A DNA stretch of 58,745 nt, counting the filler. It is 3 parts of 3 records of this genome, joined end to end, with 100 filler letters (N's around TTAATTAATTAA, not from the genome) between each part and the next. Parts side by side here need not be neighbours in the genome. Positions count along the whole stretch, not along the records: positions 26,186 to 41,298 come from DRR723986_3466; positions 41,399 to 58,745 come from DRR723986_3468; 1 more part is not named here. One strand, written 5' to 3'. The notes beneath the pieces are model-generated. The model was given only the letters and a program-made list of their open reading frames with translations. It ran no database searches and was not told the origin of the DNA. Both the position numbers and the translations under genes were made by a program. Positions 36,996 to 47,362 of this stretch are shown here, in pieces; the first letter of the stretch is position 1, and each line of letters begins with the position of its first letter.

Positions 36996-38444
36996 ATGAA
37001 CAAGAGCTGGAAGTCCTATCGCGCAGGCGATTTCTTTGACGAGCTGATTACCGAGAAGGGTGGCCCGCGGGTGGCTGCGCGGCAGGCGGTCAAGCTGCTA
37101 CAGCAGTTATCCCAGGACGACATGGACTCCCGGCGTGCCGCGGCGGAGCTGGCGATCCGGGAAATGGGCATCTCGTTCACGGTGTATACCGAGGGCGGCA
37201 ATATCGACCGCGCCTGGCCGTTCGACATCATTCCGCGGATCATCCCCGCCAGGGAGTGGGCCCGGGTCAGCGCCGGCCTCACCCAGCGCAGTCGCGCGCT
37301 CAACCGCTTTATTGACGATGTTTACAACAAGCAGAAGATTCTGGCCGACGGTGTAGTGCCGGCGGACATCGTCCTCGACTCGTCCAACTACAAGCCCCAG
37401 TGTGCGGGCATGTCGCCGCGCTATGGCGTGTGGGCCCATATCTGCGGCACCGACCTGGTGCGCAATCGTGACGGGAAGTTCTACGTCCTGGAGGATAACC
37501 TCAGGGTGCCATCGGGCGTGTCCTACATGGTGGAGAATCGGGAGATTACCAAACGTGTGCTGCCGGAGCTTTTTGAGAACTACAGCATCCTGCCGGTAGA
37601 CGACTACCCCTCGCGCCTCTACCAGACCCTGGCTTCCCTGTCGCCACGGGAGCGCAAGCGCCCGTGTGTCGTGGTGCTGACGCCGGGGATCTACAACTCC
37701 GCCTACTTCGAACATGCCTTTCTTGCCCAGGGGATGGGCGCAGAATTGGTGGAGGGGTCTGACCTGTTCGTCGGCGATGACGACTGCGTGTACATGCGCA
37801 CGGTGGACGGCCCGGCCCGGGTCGATGTGGTGTACCGCCGCATCGATGAGGATTTTATGGACCCGGAAGCCTTCCGCGAGGACTCGGTGCTCGGTGTGCC
37901 CGGCCTGATGCGTGCCTGGAAGGCGGGCAACGTCGCCATCGCCAACGCACCGGGTGCCGGGGTTGCCGATGACAAGGTGATTTATGCCTACGTGCCGGAC
38001 ATGATCCGCTACTACCTGAAGGAAAAGCCGCTTGTTAACAGTGTGCCGACCTACCTGTGCATGATCGAGAAGGACCGGGAGTACGTGCTCAACAATCTGG
38101 ACAAGCTCGTGGTGAAACCGGCCAATGAGTCCGGCGGCTACGGCATCATGGTTGGGCCGCACAGCAACCAGGCCACCCGACGCAAGTTTGCCAGGCTGAT
38201 CGAGGCCAATCCCCGCAACTATATCGCCCAGCCGACCCTGGCCCTGTCCACCGCGCCGACTTTTATCGACGATACGGTCCAGCCCCGGCACCTCGACCTG
38301 CGCCCTTTCATCCTGCAGGGCAAGGAAACCTGGGTTACCCCGGGTGGTCTGACCCGGGTAGCGCTGGTTAAGGGCTCACTGGTGGTGAATTCCTCCCAGG
38401 GCGGCGGTAGCAAGGACACCTGGATTGTGGAGGGCAAGTCATGA
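36996..38444 (+). CDS. Circularly permuted type 2 ATP-grasp protein
   Basis: PFDIIPR, LEDNLRVPSGVSY, SAYFEH and NSSQGGGSKDTW motifs. Confidence 0.94.
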   Translation: MNKSWKSYRAGDFFDELITEKGGPRVAARQAVKLLQQLSQDDMDSRRAAAELAIREMGISFTVYTEGGNIDRAWPFDIIPRIIPAREWARVSAGLTQRSRALNRFIDDVYNKQKILADGVVPADIVLDSSNYKPQCAGMSPRYGVWAHICGTDLVRNRDGKFYVLEDNLRVPSGVSYMVENREITKRVLPELFENYSILPVDDYPSRLYQTLASLSPRERKRPCVVVLTPGIYNSAYFEHAFLAQGMGAELVEGSDLFVGDDDCVYMRTVDGPARVDVVYRRIDEDFMDPEAFREDSVLGVPGLMRAWKAGNVAIANAPGAGVADDKVIYAYVPDMIRYYLKEKPLVNSVPTYLCMIEKDREYVLNNLDKLVVKPANESGGYGIMVGPHSNQATRRKFARLIEANPRNYIAQPTLALSTAPTFIDDTVQPRHLDLRPFILQGKETWVTPGGLTRVALVKGSLVVNSSQGGGSKDTWIVEGKS

Positions 38445-39379
38445 CCATGCTCTCCAGCGTCGCCGAGCGCCTGTATTGGGTGGCCCGCTATCTGGAGCGC
38501 GCGGAGGACTGCGCGCGGCTGACCGGTGCCTACAACCACCTGATCATGGATATTCCCCGCGGCTCGGAGCCGGGTTGGGATGTGCTGGTGCGCATTCTCG
38601 ATGCCCAGCCCAGCTTCGAGGAGCGGTTCCGGGTTGCTTCCGAGCAAAATGTATTGCGCCTGCTGCTGGCTGATGCCGATGCACCCTGCAGCATTCCCTT
38701 CGCAGTGCGGATGGCCAGGGAAAACGTGCGCACCACCCGTGATGTACTGCCGGAAGAGGCCTGGGAGCAAGTTAACGAGCTGTATCTTTATACCCGTGAA
38801 AACGCGGAGAAATCGGTTGGTCGACGTAACCGACATGAGTTCCTGGACCAGATCGTGGCGCGCTGCCAGATGCTCAATGGACTCTTGTTGAGCACTCTGT
38901 CCCGGGACCACGCGTATCGGTTCATCACCCTGGGTAAGCTGCTGGAGCGGGCCGATATGGTCACCCGGGTGATTGATGTGGGCGCCGGCGACATTCTGGA
39001 TCGGGAGGGGGCCTTCGCGGCGATCGACCCACTGCTCTGGGGGGCCTTGCTGCAGGCCCTGTCCGGGGTCAGCGCCTACCGCCGCATTAACGGGCCGCTG
39101 GTGGAAAAAAACGCGGTAGTGGATTTCGTTTTCCTGGAGCCGAGCTTCCCGCGCTCCGTCTGGTTTTGCCTGCGCGGTATTCGCGAGGAATTGGGTCCGC
39201 TGAAGAACAACCAGGAATCGTTGCGGGTGCTGGAGCGCGCTCGTCGGCGCCTGCGCGGCTTTGACGGACCCACCATGTCCCGGGTGGAACTGCACGCCTT
39301 TATCGATGATTTCCAGGTCCAGATCAACGCGCTGCACAACGCTTTTGTCAGGGCCTGGTTCCACCCTGACACCCGATGA
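38441..39379 (+). CDS. Alpha-E domain protein
   Basis: MLS.VAERLYW.ARYLERAE, ARENVR, LERAD and FPRS motifs. ATGA overlap with the ATP-grasp gene. Confidence 0.93.
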   Translation: MTMLSSVAERLYWVARYLERAEDCARLTGAYNHLIMDIPRGSEPGWDVLVRILDAQPSFEERFRVASEQNVLRLLLADADAPCSIPFAVRMARENVRTTRDVLPEEAWEQVNELYLYTRENAEKSVGRRNRHEFLDQIVARCQMLNGLLLSTLSRDHAYRFITLGKLLERADMVTRVIDVGAGDILDREGAFAAIDPLLWGALLQALSGVSAYRRINGPLVEKNAVVDFVFLEPSFPRSVWFCLRGIREELGPLKNNQESLRVLERARRRLRGFDGPTMSRVELHAFIDDFQVQINALHNAFVRAWFHPDTR

Positions 39380-40407
39380 AACGATTCTACTGCGAGTGCG
39401 GCAGCCAGGTTTTCTTTGACAACCAGGCCTGCCTGAATTGCGGCGCCTCCCTGGGCTTCGACCCCGGGAGTATGGAAATGCTTGCACTGCATGACCGGGG
39501 CGACGGCCTGCTTGCCGCGCGCGATGGCGAGGGACAGTTCCGGATCTGCGACAACGGTCTGCACCACGATGTCTGCAACTGGTTGCGACCGGCCGACAGC
39601 GGGCACTCCCTGTGCTTTGCCTGCCAGTTCAACCGGACCGTTCCCAACCTGTCCCTGCCGGAAAACCAGAACCGCTGGCGCGCTTTGGAAGAAGCGAAGA
39701 AGCGCCTGTTTTTCACCCTGCTGCGGCTGGGCGTGCCGCTGGAAAACGGCTGGCAGAATTCCCGTCGCGGCCTGCTCCTGGATTTCCTTGAAGACGAACG
39801 CACAGCCCCTGGCGTATTCCCGGAGAGCTTTGTTACCACCGGCTACCTCGGTGGAGTGATCACGCTCAATACCCTGGAAGCGGACCTGGCGGCGCGTGCG
39901 GCAACCCAGGAGATGATGAACGAGCGCTACCGGACGGTGCTCGGGCACCTGCGGCATGAATCCGGTCACTACTACTGGTCGATCGTCGACCCTGATCCGG
40001 AGCTGCGGGCCGGTTTTCAGGAGCATTTTGGCGACGAATCAGCGGACTACCGCGGTGCTCTCGACATCCATTACCGCGAGGGCCCGTTACCGGACTGGCG
40101 CAATTACTACATCAGTTCTTATGCCAGCGCCCATCCCTCGGAGGACTGGGCCGAGTCCTGGGGTCATTACCTGCATATCTATGATGCGCTGGAGACGGCC
40201 GCGGCCCACGAAATGATCCCGTGGTCCCCGGCGGCGATGGATATCAATGAACGTATTGGAGAGTGGCGCAAACTGAGCATCACCCTCAACGAGATGAACC
40301 GCAGCATCGGCCTCGGCGATGCCTATCCCTTTGTGATCAATTCGATGGTGGAAGCGAAACTGGGCTTTGTCGACCAGGTTATTCTTCGGCTTCAAACACA
40401 GCATTGA
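39376..40407 (+). CDS. Zinc-ribbon plus putative zinc-binding metallopeptidase (DUF2248-like)
   Basis: CECG...CLNCG, GHLRHESGHYYW and YAS.HP.EDWAE motifs. ATGA overlap. Confidence 0.9.
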   Translation: MKRFYCECGSQVFFDNQACLNCGASLGFDPGSMEMLALHDRGDGLLAARDGEGQFRICDNGLHHDVCNWLRPADSGHSLCFACQFNRTVPNLSLPENQNRWRALEEAKKRLFFTLLRLGVPLENGWQNSRRGLLLDFLEDERTAPGVFPESFVTTGYLGGVITLNTLEADLAARAATQEMMNERYRTVLGHLRHESGHYYWSIVDPDPELRAGFQEHFGDESADYRGALDIHYREGPLPDWRNYYISSYASAHPSEDWAESWGHYLHIYDALETAAAHEMIPWSPAAMDINERIGEWRKLSITLNEMNRSIGLGDAYPFVINSMVEAKLGFVDQVILRLQTQH

Positions 40408-41128
40408 GGGATGGCAGCTTGTCGAAAGCCTGCCTGATGCTGTCGTCCCAGCTCTGCCGCAGGTCCACCAGGTAGGGGTGATTCTCTTCCAGCTTCAGGT
40501 AGCGTTCCTGCCCCTTGAGGCTGTCCTTGCGGTAGAACAGGCACTCCAGCGGCGGACCCACGGTTGCGTTGGAGCGCATTGTCGAGTCCAGTGACACCAG
40601 GGCGCAGCGCATGGCAGTTTCATATGGCGTGTCGCTGCGCACAATGCGGTCCAGCACCGGCTTGCCGTACTTGGTTTCCCCGATCTGCAGGTAGGGGTAG
40701 GCATCGGAGGCGGTAATGTGATTACCCTCCGGGTAAATCATGTACAACTCCTGGCTGTGCCCCTTGATCTGTCCGCCCAGGATGAAGGTCGCCGTGGCGT
40801 CGAAGCCGGCGGTCGGGCCGCCGGTTTTGGCAAACTTCTTCTGCTCCTTGACCACCAGCTCACCCAGGTAGTCCGCCACGTCGGAGACGTAGGTGGCCTT
40901 CATGATGTTGAATTTGGCATCTTCCACCAGGTCACGCTGTATCTGCGCAACCACGGCCTGGCTGGTGGCCAGGTTACCGGCAGTGAGTAGCACCAGCGAA
41001 CGGTCAAAAGGCACCGAGAAGCGGTGCATCTTGCTGTAGGTGCTGACCCGGTCAGGTCCCGCGTTGGTCCGAGAGTCGGAGCAGAACACGAGGCCTTCGT
41101 CCAGGGCAATCGCGAGGCAGTAGGTCAT
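40379..41128 (-). CDS. Proteasome-type Ntn protease (Anbu)
   Basis: M-TYC N-terminal Thr, SDSRTNAG.D, GNLATSQ, QIGETKYGKP.LDR and DSTMRSN.TVG motifs. Confidence 0.93.
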   Translation of the reverse strand: MTYCLAIALDEGLVFCSDSRTNAGPDRVSTYSKMHRFSVPFDRSLVLLTAGNLATSQAVVAQIQRDLVEDAKFNIMKATYVSDVADYLGELVVKEQKKFAKTGGPTAGFDATATFILGGQIKGHSQELYMIYPEGNHITASDAYPYLQIGETKYGKPVLDRIVRSDTPYETAMRCALVSLDSTMRSNATVGPPLECLFYRKDSLKGQERYLKLEENHPYLVDLRQSWDDSIRQAFDKLPSLNAVFEAEE

Positions 41129-41235
41129 AGTCTGGTGAGTCGGTCTTTTTATTGAGTCGAGCCGGTCGGCAGGGCAAACGAATATATAGCCAAGTGCTGG
41201 CAATTGCCATAGGGTTTTTTGGACCATCCAGACAC

Positions 41236-41264
41236 AAAAAACCCCGCGAGTTAGCGGGGTTTTT
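41236..41264 (-). terminator. Rho-independent terminator downstream of tRNA-Leu (bidirectional form)
   Basis: AAAAAACCCCGC-GAGTTA-GCGGGGTTTTT. Confidence 0.85.
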
Positions 41265-41268
41265 GATG

Positions 41269-41298
41269 TGGTGCCCAGGAGAGGACTTGAACCTCCAC
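41269..41298 (-). tRNA. 3' end of a tRNA, probably tRNA-Leu (truncated at contig end)
   Basis: Reverse complement reads GTGGAGG-TTCAAGT-CCTCT-CCTGGGC-A-CCA. An A discriminator and implied GCCCAGG 5' end fit gammaproteobacterial tRNA-Leu. Confidence 0.8.
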
Positions 41299-41398
41299 NN
41301 NNNNNNNNNNNNNNNNNNNNNNNNNNNNNNNNNNNNNNNNNNTTAATTAATTAANNNNNNNNNNNNNNNNNNNNNNNNNNNNNNNNNNNNNNNNNNNN
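41299..41398. other. Artificial contig spacer (N run with TTAATTAATTAA at 41343-41354)
   Basis: Exactly 100 nt with the same linker as the first gap. Confidence 0.97.
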
Positions 41399-42907
41399 TT
41401 CAACGTCTTCGACAGCCTGCGCAAAGGTCAAGGCCCGACGCCCCCACGTCACCGCCTCACCCATCTCGTCTTGAAGCATATGATATTGGGCGCGAAGGGC
41501 GTATGCCTTCGCCTTCGCCCATTCGGTGGCCGAGGCGTTGTTTTCCAGGACTTCGATTGCTTCCTCGATGTACCTCTTGGCTTCCTCGGCTTCTCCCCTG
41601 TACCAGTGAAGCCGGGACAACCATCTCAGGTTTTCTCCCACCCGGTTTTCATTTCCGGCCTTGCGCCAGAGCTCCACCGCCTTGCGGCGGTTGGAAATGA
41701 CGTCTGCGTCGATGCCAAGCGACAGGCCTGCCTCATAGGCCCAACGTTCACAGATTTCGGCGGCCTGCTCGAGGTCCAGGCTGTCCGCCAGCGGCAAGAC
41801 GTGTTCAAGAAAGCGGGCGGCCTCGCGATGGGCTCCGAGGTTTGCCGCATTGTCTGCGGCAAGCGGTGCATAACGCAGCAGTAGCTGCTGATGTTCGGCT
41901 CCGCGGGCGTGATGCACGATCATGTCGAGAGGCTGCACTCCGTCTTCCCGGTTGCAAAGATGATCCAGGAAGCACCTGTGCGCTTCGACCCGCCTTGGAT
42001 GACTGAGCCGATCGTAGATGGCAATCCGCGCAATCTCATGACGAAAGGAGAGCCTTCCGCCGCTTTCAATCAGCAGACCTTTCTCGATAGCCTGCGTCAG
42101 GGTGCCGTAGCCATCGGGCAGTGGCAAAGCCAGGAGAATGCCTGACGGAATTGCACCGGGCCAGCAAGACACATATTCCAGTAGCCGCACGACGTCCTGC
42201 GGCAATCCTGCAAGACGCGCATCGACCGCATCCCCGATGGTCTGGGGAACCTTGCTGCCGTCTGCTGACTGAGCCAACAATTCGGTCAGGAAGAAGGGAT
42301 TACCGCCCGTGATGTCCAGGAGACGGTTGGGAGCCAGGCGGGTTGACCCGACAAGCATCTGCACCGCGTCCAGAGACAAAGGAGCGAGATTTATCTGCTT
42401 CTTTCGGGCCGGTACGATCTCGCCCATGGCTGAGCGAAGCGGATGGTAACCCGTCAACTGGTCATCACGATAACTGCAAACCAGCAGCAACGGCAGCATC
42501 GCGATCCTGCGGCCAATGAACTTCAACCAGTCCAGAGTGCGGTCATCCGCCCAGTGCAGGTCCTCGATCACCAATACCACCGGTTCTCGCAAAGACGACA
42601 AATGATCCACCAGGCCGCCAAAAAGCATGGCTTCCTCATCGCGGATCAGCGTCGATCCGCAAAGACCTGCTGCAATATCTCGTATCGGCCCGAGCGGGCG
42701 CGGCGTGATCAAAGGATCGCAAAGACCGATGACCTTCCTGGTTTCGGGCCCGAGGCTGCTCAGGAAATCCGCAATCAGAGACGACTTTCCTATCCCGGCT
42801 TCCCCGGCAACGAATACGATCCGTCCACCCGACCTGGAAATGGAAAGGCGAACCTCATCCAATATTTGCAATTGCTCTTCGCGTTCAAGTAGCAACAAAC
42901 CAACCAA
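41399..42907 (-). CDS. AAA/STAND ATPase with TPR-like helices, MalT/LuxR-type regulator (3'-truncated)
   Basis: LLERE..L, GEAGIGKS, IEDLHWAD, TGGNPFF and FRHE motifs. The C-terminal HTH is not visible. Confidence 0.85.
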
Positions 42908-43142
42908 AAAAAGACGGTTTCAGACCTGGAAACAAATCTATGGAAGAGTGGACGCTACGGCAATTCTCAATAACTGGTTGTGACGTTCTTTCTTGATTTA
43001 CCGATCGAAACGCACTCGAAAGGGGCGATTTGCACAGCGTTTCACCAATGCGGCCTTCGCAGGAAAATGCTCTCCATCGGAAGAGGCCAGGAATGATCTC
43101 GGGCCTGCCTCGCTGCCCGGAGAGAAGACCGGATGCACCTTG

Positions 43143-44171
43143 TCAGATCCACCTGCTGACCTCGCTGCTGAGCTTCCGTTCGGCAAGCCTCTTTTCTGCT
43201 TCCACATTCCATTTCTCACGTGTGGAGATCAACCGGACGGCACGTGTCGCGGCCGGCCACGTTCTGTCGCGCAGGCTATCCAGATCCAGTCCGACGCGGC
43301 ATGCTTCAAATTCCTGAAGGCGATCCTGCAATTCGAGGCCCGGGAGTGTTCTCAGGTTCTTGCAGTTGAACAAGCTCAGCCATTCCAGACCGACATGTCT
43401 CAGGTCCACTTCAACTAGTTTGAGTTGATCATGAACCTGCAAGGCCGACAGCGCGGGAAACCTTCCAAGGTCACCCAGTGTGCCTAGTCCGGATACTCTT
43501 AAAATCCCCAGTTTCTCTAGCGTCTGGTGTGAAAAGTCGCCCAGGTTGGCCCGGCTGCCCAGGATCAGGGTGAACTTTTTGAGGGACGCAATGGAGGATA
43601 CGAAGTCGAGGCGATGTTTCCCGGCAAACGAACTCAAGGACAAGGTTGCCAGATCGGGCAAGTGGCTGATGACCTCAATGCCTTTCCAGTGACCTTGAAC
43701 GAACAGGTCCTGCAGGTTCACCGCGTCGGCAAGCGGGGCAAGATCGAGGTTTCTTTTCCGGTTTGCGGCGACAGTCAAACTTCGGAGTTGCCGCAGGTTC
43801 AAGGTTTCCAGGAACTGAGGCTGGTCAAAGTCCAACACTCCGAAATGCAGTCGCTCCAACTTCGGTAACTGGCTGATTGCTTCAACGTGCGAGATGCGAT
43901 CCAGGCAATCGAGAGCCAGGTTTGCGACATCCGGCAAATGGTTCAGGCAGCGCGCGTCAAAGCCTTCATCGTCGTGCTGATAAAACCGGACGGTCAACCG
44001 GCCTCCTGCCAGACGGCAGGCCTCGTTCAATGCCTGAAGTGTCGCAACCTTGCAGGCGTCCGGATTGCTGAACTGGACCACAAGTCCATCAGTCCCTTCG
44101 ACCGCCCGAGCGAGGTCGGCCGCAACAAGCACGTCGGGGTCGGTTATCCGGCCGCCATCAACCTGAAACAT
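43143..44171 (-). CDS. Leucine-rich repeat protein
   Basis: Repeated LxxLPxLxxLxL units (ISQLPKLERLHF, ISHLPDLATLSL, LGRFPALSALQV). Confidence 0.75.
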   Translation of the reverse strand: MFQVDGGRITDPDVLVAADLARAVEGTDGLVVQFSNPDACKVATLQALNEACRLAGGRLTVRFYQHDDEGFDARCLNHLPDVANLALDCLDRISHVEAISQLPKLERLHFGVLDFDQPQFLETLNLRQLRSLTVAANRKRNLDLAPLADAVNLQDLFVQGHWKGIEVISHLPDLATLSLSSFAGKHRLDFVSSIASLKKFTLILGSRANLGDFSHQTLEKLGILRVSGLGTLGDLGRFPALSALQVHDQLKLVEVDLRHVGLEWLSLFNCKNLRTLPGLELQDRLQEFEACRVGLDLDSLRDRTWPAATRAVRLISTREKWNVEAEKRLAERKLSSEVSRWI

Positions 44172-44397
44172 TCTGAAGCCCCGTGGAATTCTGTCCGGTT
44201 CTCGAACAGATTCTGATGGTTGCGATTACTAACCGAAGTGACAGCCAAGTTGTAGCCACCGGCCGTGGTTTTGCGTTTCAGACGTCATCGATCAGGAAAG
44301 CGACACGGACAGCCCTCCGCATTTCTTGCCGACAGCCCACCCATCGTCACCTGCGCACAAAACGCACAGCTCGCAACGAGGTGTTTTCAGCCTGAAA

Positions 44398-44458
44398 TGC
44401 ATTCGTATGCAAATTTGCTTGCAATGGATGCTTGACGGCAGTATTGCAAACGTATGCA
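44398..44458. promoter_or_regulatory. Two LacI-type operators around a TTGACG -35 box upstream of the first HisD-like gene
   Basis: TGCATTCGTATGCA at 44398-44411, TGCAAACGTATGCA at 44445-44458 and TTGACG at 44432-44437. Confidence 0.75.
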
Positions 44459-44696
44459 GTTGGCAGAGAGACGCGCACCGGCACCGTTGTTCGATCCACG
44501 ATCGACAAGAGGAATTCCACGGTCACGATGCGCCTACTCTCATTACCGAGACGCGCTCGCAGCGCTCTACCGGACCGGCTGCCGGGAAACACCGATCACG
44601 CTCCCGATCCGGATGTTTCCTGTGATGTTTCAGCTTTCGGCCACGATCTGCGTGGTGTGGCCGGCCTATTGCGCCGCAGGGACCTGAGAGAGACAA

Positions 44697-45980
44697 ATGA
44701 CGAGACTACCCATCCCGGACACCATCCGTTTTGTGAAATCCCCGGCACGCGATGCGGTTGCCGACAATGCCAGCGTCGAAACACTGGTCGCAGAAGTGCT
44801 CAAGCGGGTTGCCGCAGAAGGTGATGCTGCCGTCCGTGACTATTCTGAGAAATTCGACAAGGCGGCGCTCGACCGGTTCGAGGTCACTGCTGAAGAACGT
44901 GAGGCAGCAGTCGAGAGGCTGGCCCCGCAGACACGCGAAGACACCGAGTTCGCAATCTCCAACGTGCGCACGTTCGCCAGGGCCCAGTTCGGAACCCTGC
45001 AGGATCTGGAAGTCGAGATCCGGCCAGGTGTTCACCTCGGGCACCGCAACATTCCGCTTGACCGGGTCGGTTGCTACGTCCCCGGTGGCCGCTACCCGCT
45101 CCTGTCCGCGCCGATCATGTCGATCGTCCCGGCGAAGGTGGCCGGTGTCGGCGAAATCATCGCCTGCCTTCCGCCGAACGCCCATGAAGCAATGATTGCG
45201 GGCTGTCATCTTTCCGGCGCCGACCGGATTTTCCGGATCGGTGGGGCGCAGGCAATCGCTGCGATGGCACTCGGCACGCAGTCCGTTCCACCTGTCGACA
45301 AGATTGTCGGCCCAGGCAACGCCTTCGTCAATGAAGCCAAGCGTCAGGTTTTTGGCCCTGTCGGGATCGACCAGCTCGCCGGTCCATCGGAAATCTTCAT
45401 ACTCGCCGATCACACCGGCGACGCTGAGATGATCGCCACCGATCTTCTGGCACAGGCCGAGCACGACACCAGAACCCGGGTGGGCCTCATCACGACAAAC
45501 GCGGACCTTGCGGAAGCGGTCCTGAGAGAAGTGGACGTTCAGCTGAAGAGCCTGTCGACCGCAGCCACCGCCGGCCAGGCCTGGAAAGACTACGGCGAGA
45601 TTTCCGTCTGCCCGGACGAGGCGACAATGCTCGCCTATTCGGACATCGTCGCCGCCGAACACCTGCAGGTGCACACCGAGGATGCCAAGACCTTTGCCAG
45701 AAAGCTGAAGCACTACGGTTCGCTCTTCATCGGCCCCAACGCCAGCGTCGTCTATTCCGACAAGTGCTGCGGCACCAACCACACGCTGCCGACCATGGGC
45801 GCCGGACGTTACACCGGCGGGCTTTGGGTAGGGTCGTACATCAAGACCGTAACCCATCAGTGGATGGACGAGGACGGCATCCGCGAGGTCGCGCCGCCGG
45901 CAGTCCGCCAGTCCGCCTCAGAAGGTCTTGAAGGCCACCGCCGCGCGGCGCAGCTGCGCCTCGACCGACTTCAGGGATAA
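44697..45980 (+). CDS. Histidinol dehydrogenase-family protein (non-canonical, HpsN-like clade)
   Basis: GCYVPGG, GPGN.FV.EAK, AGPSE, QAEH, EHL and EGH motifs. Reads [13 protein letters not shown] where HisD has GDY..G.NH. Confidence 0.88.
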   Translation: MTRLPIPDTIRFVKSPARDAVADNASVETLVAEVLKRVAAEGDAAVRDYSEKFDKAALDRFEVTAEEREAAVERLAPQTREDTEFAISNVRTFARAQFGTLQDLEVEIRPGVHLGHRNIPLDRVGCYVPGGRYPLLSAPIMSIVPAKVAGVGEIIACLPPNAHEAMIAGCHLSGADRIFRIGGAQAIAAMALGTQSVPPVDKIVGPGNAFVNEAKRQVFGPVGIDQLAGPSEIFILADHTGDAEMIATDLLAQAEHDTRTRVGLITTNADLAEAVLREVDVQLKSLSTAATAGQAWKDYGEISVCPDEATMLAYSDIVAAEHLQVHTEDAKTFARKLKHYGSLFIGPNASVVYSDKCCGTNHTLPTMGAGRYTGGLWVGSYIKTVTHQWMDEDGIREVAPPAVRQSASEGLEGHRRAAQLRLDRLQG

Positions 45981-47362
45981 TCCAGCGATACCGGCTCGGC
46001 CCCGATCGCGGGCCGGGCCGAATGGTTGCTGGATTGTTCGAGCTGGTACGCAAGCCGGCAGAGCAACGCTTCCTGCCCGAACCCGCCGACAAGCTGGCAG
46101 CCAAGCGGCAAGCCGTTCGCGCCGAACCCGCAGGGAAGCGAAATCGCCGGATGCCCTGACATGTTGAACGGCATGGTGCGCATTGCCGTCCAGACCGCAC
46201 CGTCGGCAAAGGCGGTGAACTTCGGTGCGGTGCCGAGCGTGGTTGGTATGAGAAGTGCGCTGTGCTGCGCCAGCAATACGTCAACCTCCTGCCTGAAACG
46301 ATGCGCAATGCCACGGGCATGCACGACGTCCTGTTCGTCCAGAACAGCTCCTGTCAGAAGGTTCCGGCGCGCGTCCTTACCATAGGCATCGAACCGGTTG
46401 CGCAGACCCACCAAATGGTTCTCCAGGGCCTCCGCCTGCAGGATGACAGTGGCCGCGTCCTCGAGCCTTTGATAGGGCGGCAGCGTCACCAGCTCTATTC
46501 TGGCACCGAGCATGGAAAGGAGCGCGGCGGTGTCGTCCATGGCTTGGACAAGGTCAGGATCCGCCGCAGGATCATCAACGAACCAGTCGCGGGCGTAGGC
46601 GATGCGAAGTCCCGTGAGCTCCTGTCCGATGTCAGCTGCTGCTCGGCTCGCAGGGGCGAGCGCCTCCAGAATGACGGCAGCGTCTTCGACGCAGGCGGCG
46701 AGGGGGCCAATGACATCGAGGCTCTGCGACAACGGAAAACACCCTGATGCTGAAACCAGGCCCGTGGTCGGCTTCAACCCAACAACACCGCAATAGGCCG
46801 CAGGTGCACGGATCGACCCGCCGGTGTCCGTCCCGAGCGCAACGCGCATAAGCCCGGCCGAAACGGCCGCGGCGGAGCCCGACGAGGAGCCGCCGGTGAT
46901 CGCACTGGTGTCCCAGGGATTGCAGGCCGGCGGGTTGGGCTGGTCGAAGGCGGGGCCTGTCAGCGCATATTCGTAGGTTGCGAGCTTGGCCAGCGGCACC
47001 ATGCCGGCCTGCCTGAGCGCCGCGACGCTGGCAGCATCAATGTGCCCGGCCTGACCGGGAGCGTGCGGATGGGCATGCGACCCGCAGCGGGTCGGCTGGC
47101 CATGCACATCAATGATGTCCTTCACGCCGAAGCAGAACCCGGCCAGCGGCGGCCGGTCGTCCGGCAGAACATTGTCCCAGCGAGACGCCTCGGCCACAGC
47201 ATCCGGCGACAGATGCACAACTGAACGAATGGCACCGTCCCGCCGTTCGATGCGGGCAACCAGAGCCGACGCGATCTCGCACGCCGACACCTGGCCAGTC
47301 GCGATCAGCTCCTGTTGACGGCGCAAGGGGCTGTCCAGAACATCATCCATCGTCGCGGTCAT
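45971..47362 (-). CDS. Amidase-signature family amidase
   Basis: GVKD (Lys), GGSSSGSAAAV and GTDTGGSIR.PA (Ser-cisSer-Lys triad). Confidence 0.93.
   Translation of the reverse strand: MTATMDDVLDSPLRRQQELIATGQVSACEIASALVARIERRDGAIRSVVHLSPDAVAEASRWDNVLPDDRPPLAGFCFGVKDIIDVHGQPTRCGSHAHPHAPGQAGHIDAASVAALRQAGMVPLAKLATYEYALTGPAFDQPNPPACNPWDTSAITGGSSSGSAAAVSAGLMRVALGTDTGGSIRAPAAYCGVVGLKPTTGLVSASGCFPLSQSLDVIGPLAACVEDAAVILEALAPASRAAADIGQELTGLRIAYARDWFVDDPAADPDLVQAMDDTAALLSMLGARIELVTLPPYQRLEDAATVILQAEALENHLVGLRNRFDAYGKDARRNLLTGAVLDEQDVVHARGIAHRFRQEVDVLLAQHSALLIPTTLGTAPKFTAFADGAVWTAMRTMPFNMSGHPAISLPCGFGANGLPLGCQLVGGFGQEALLCRLAYQLEQSSNHSARPAIGAEPVSLDYP

Noticed and set aside
37107-39487. 394-aa and 422-aa minus-strand ORFs
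   Set aside because: Antisense shadows of the ATP-grasp and alpha-E genes in GC-rich DNA.
44697-45980. Calling this gene (or 57591..58745) the biosynthetic hisD
   Set aside because: D-K replaces the D-Y motif, the context is catabolic and LacI-controlled, two paralogues are present and no other his genes are nearby.
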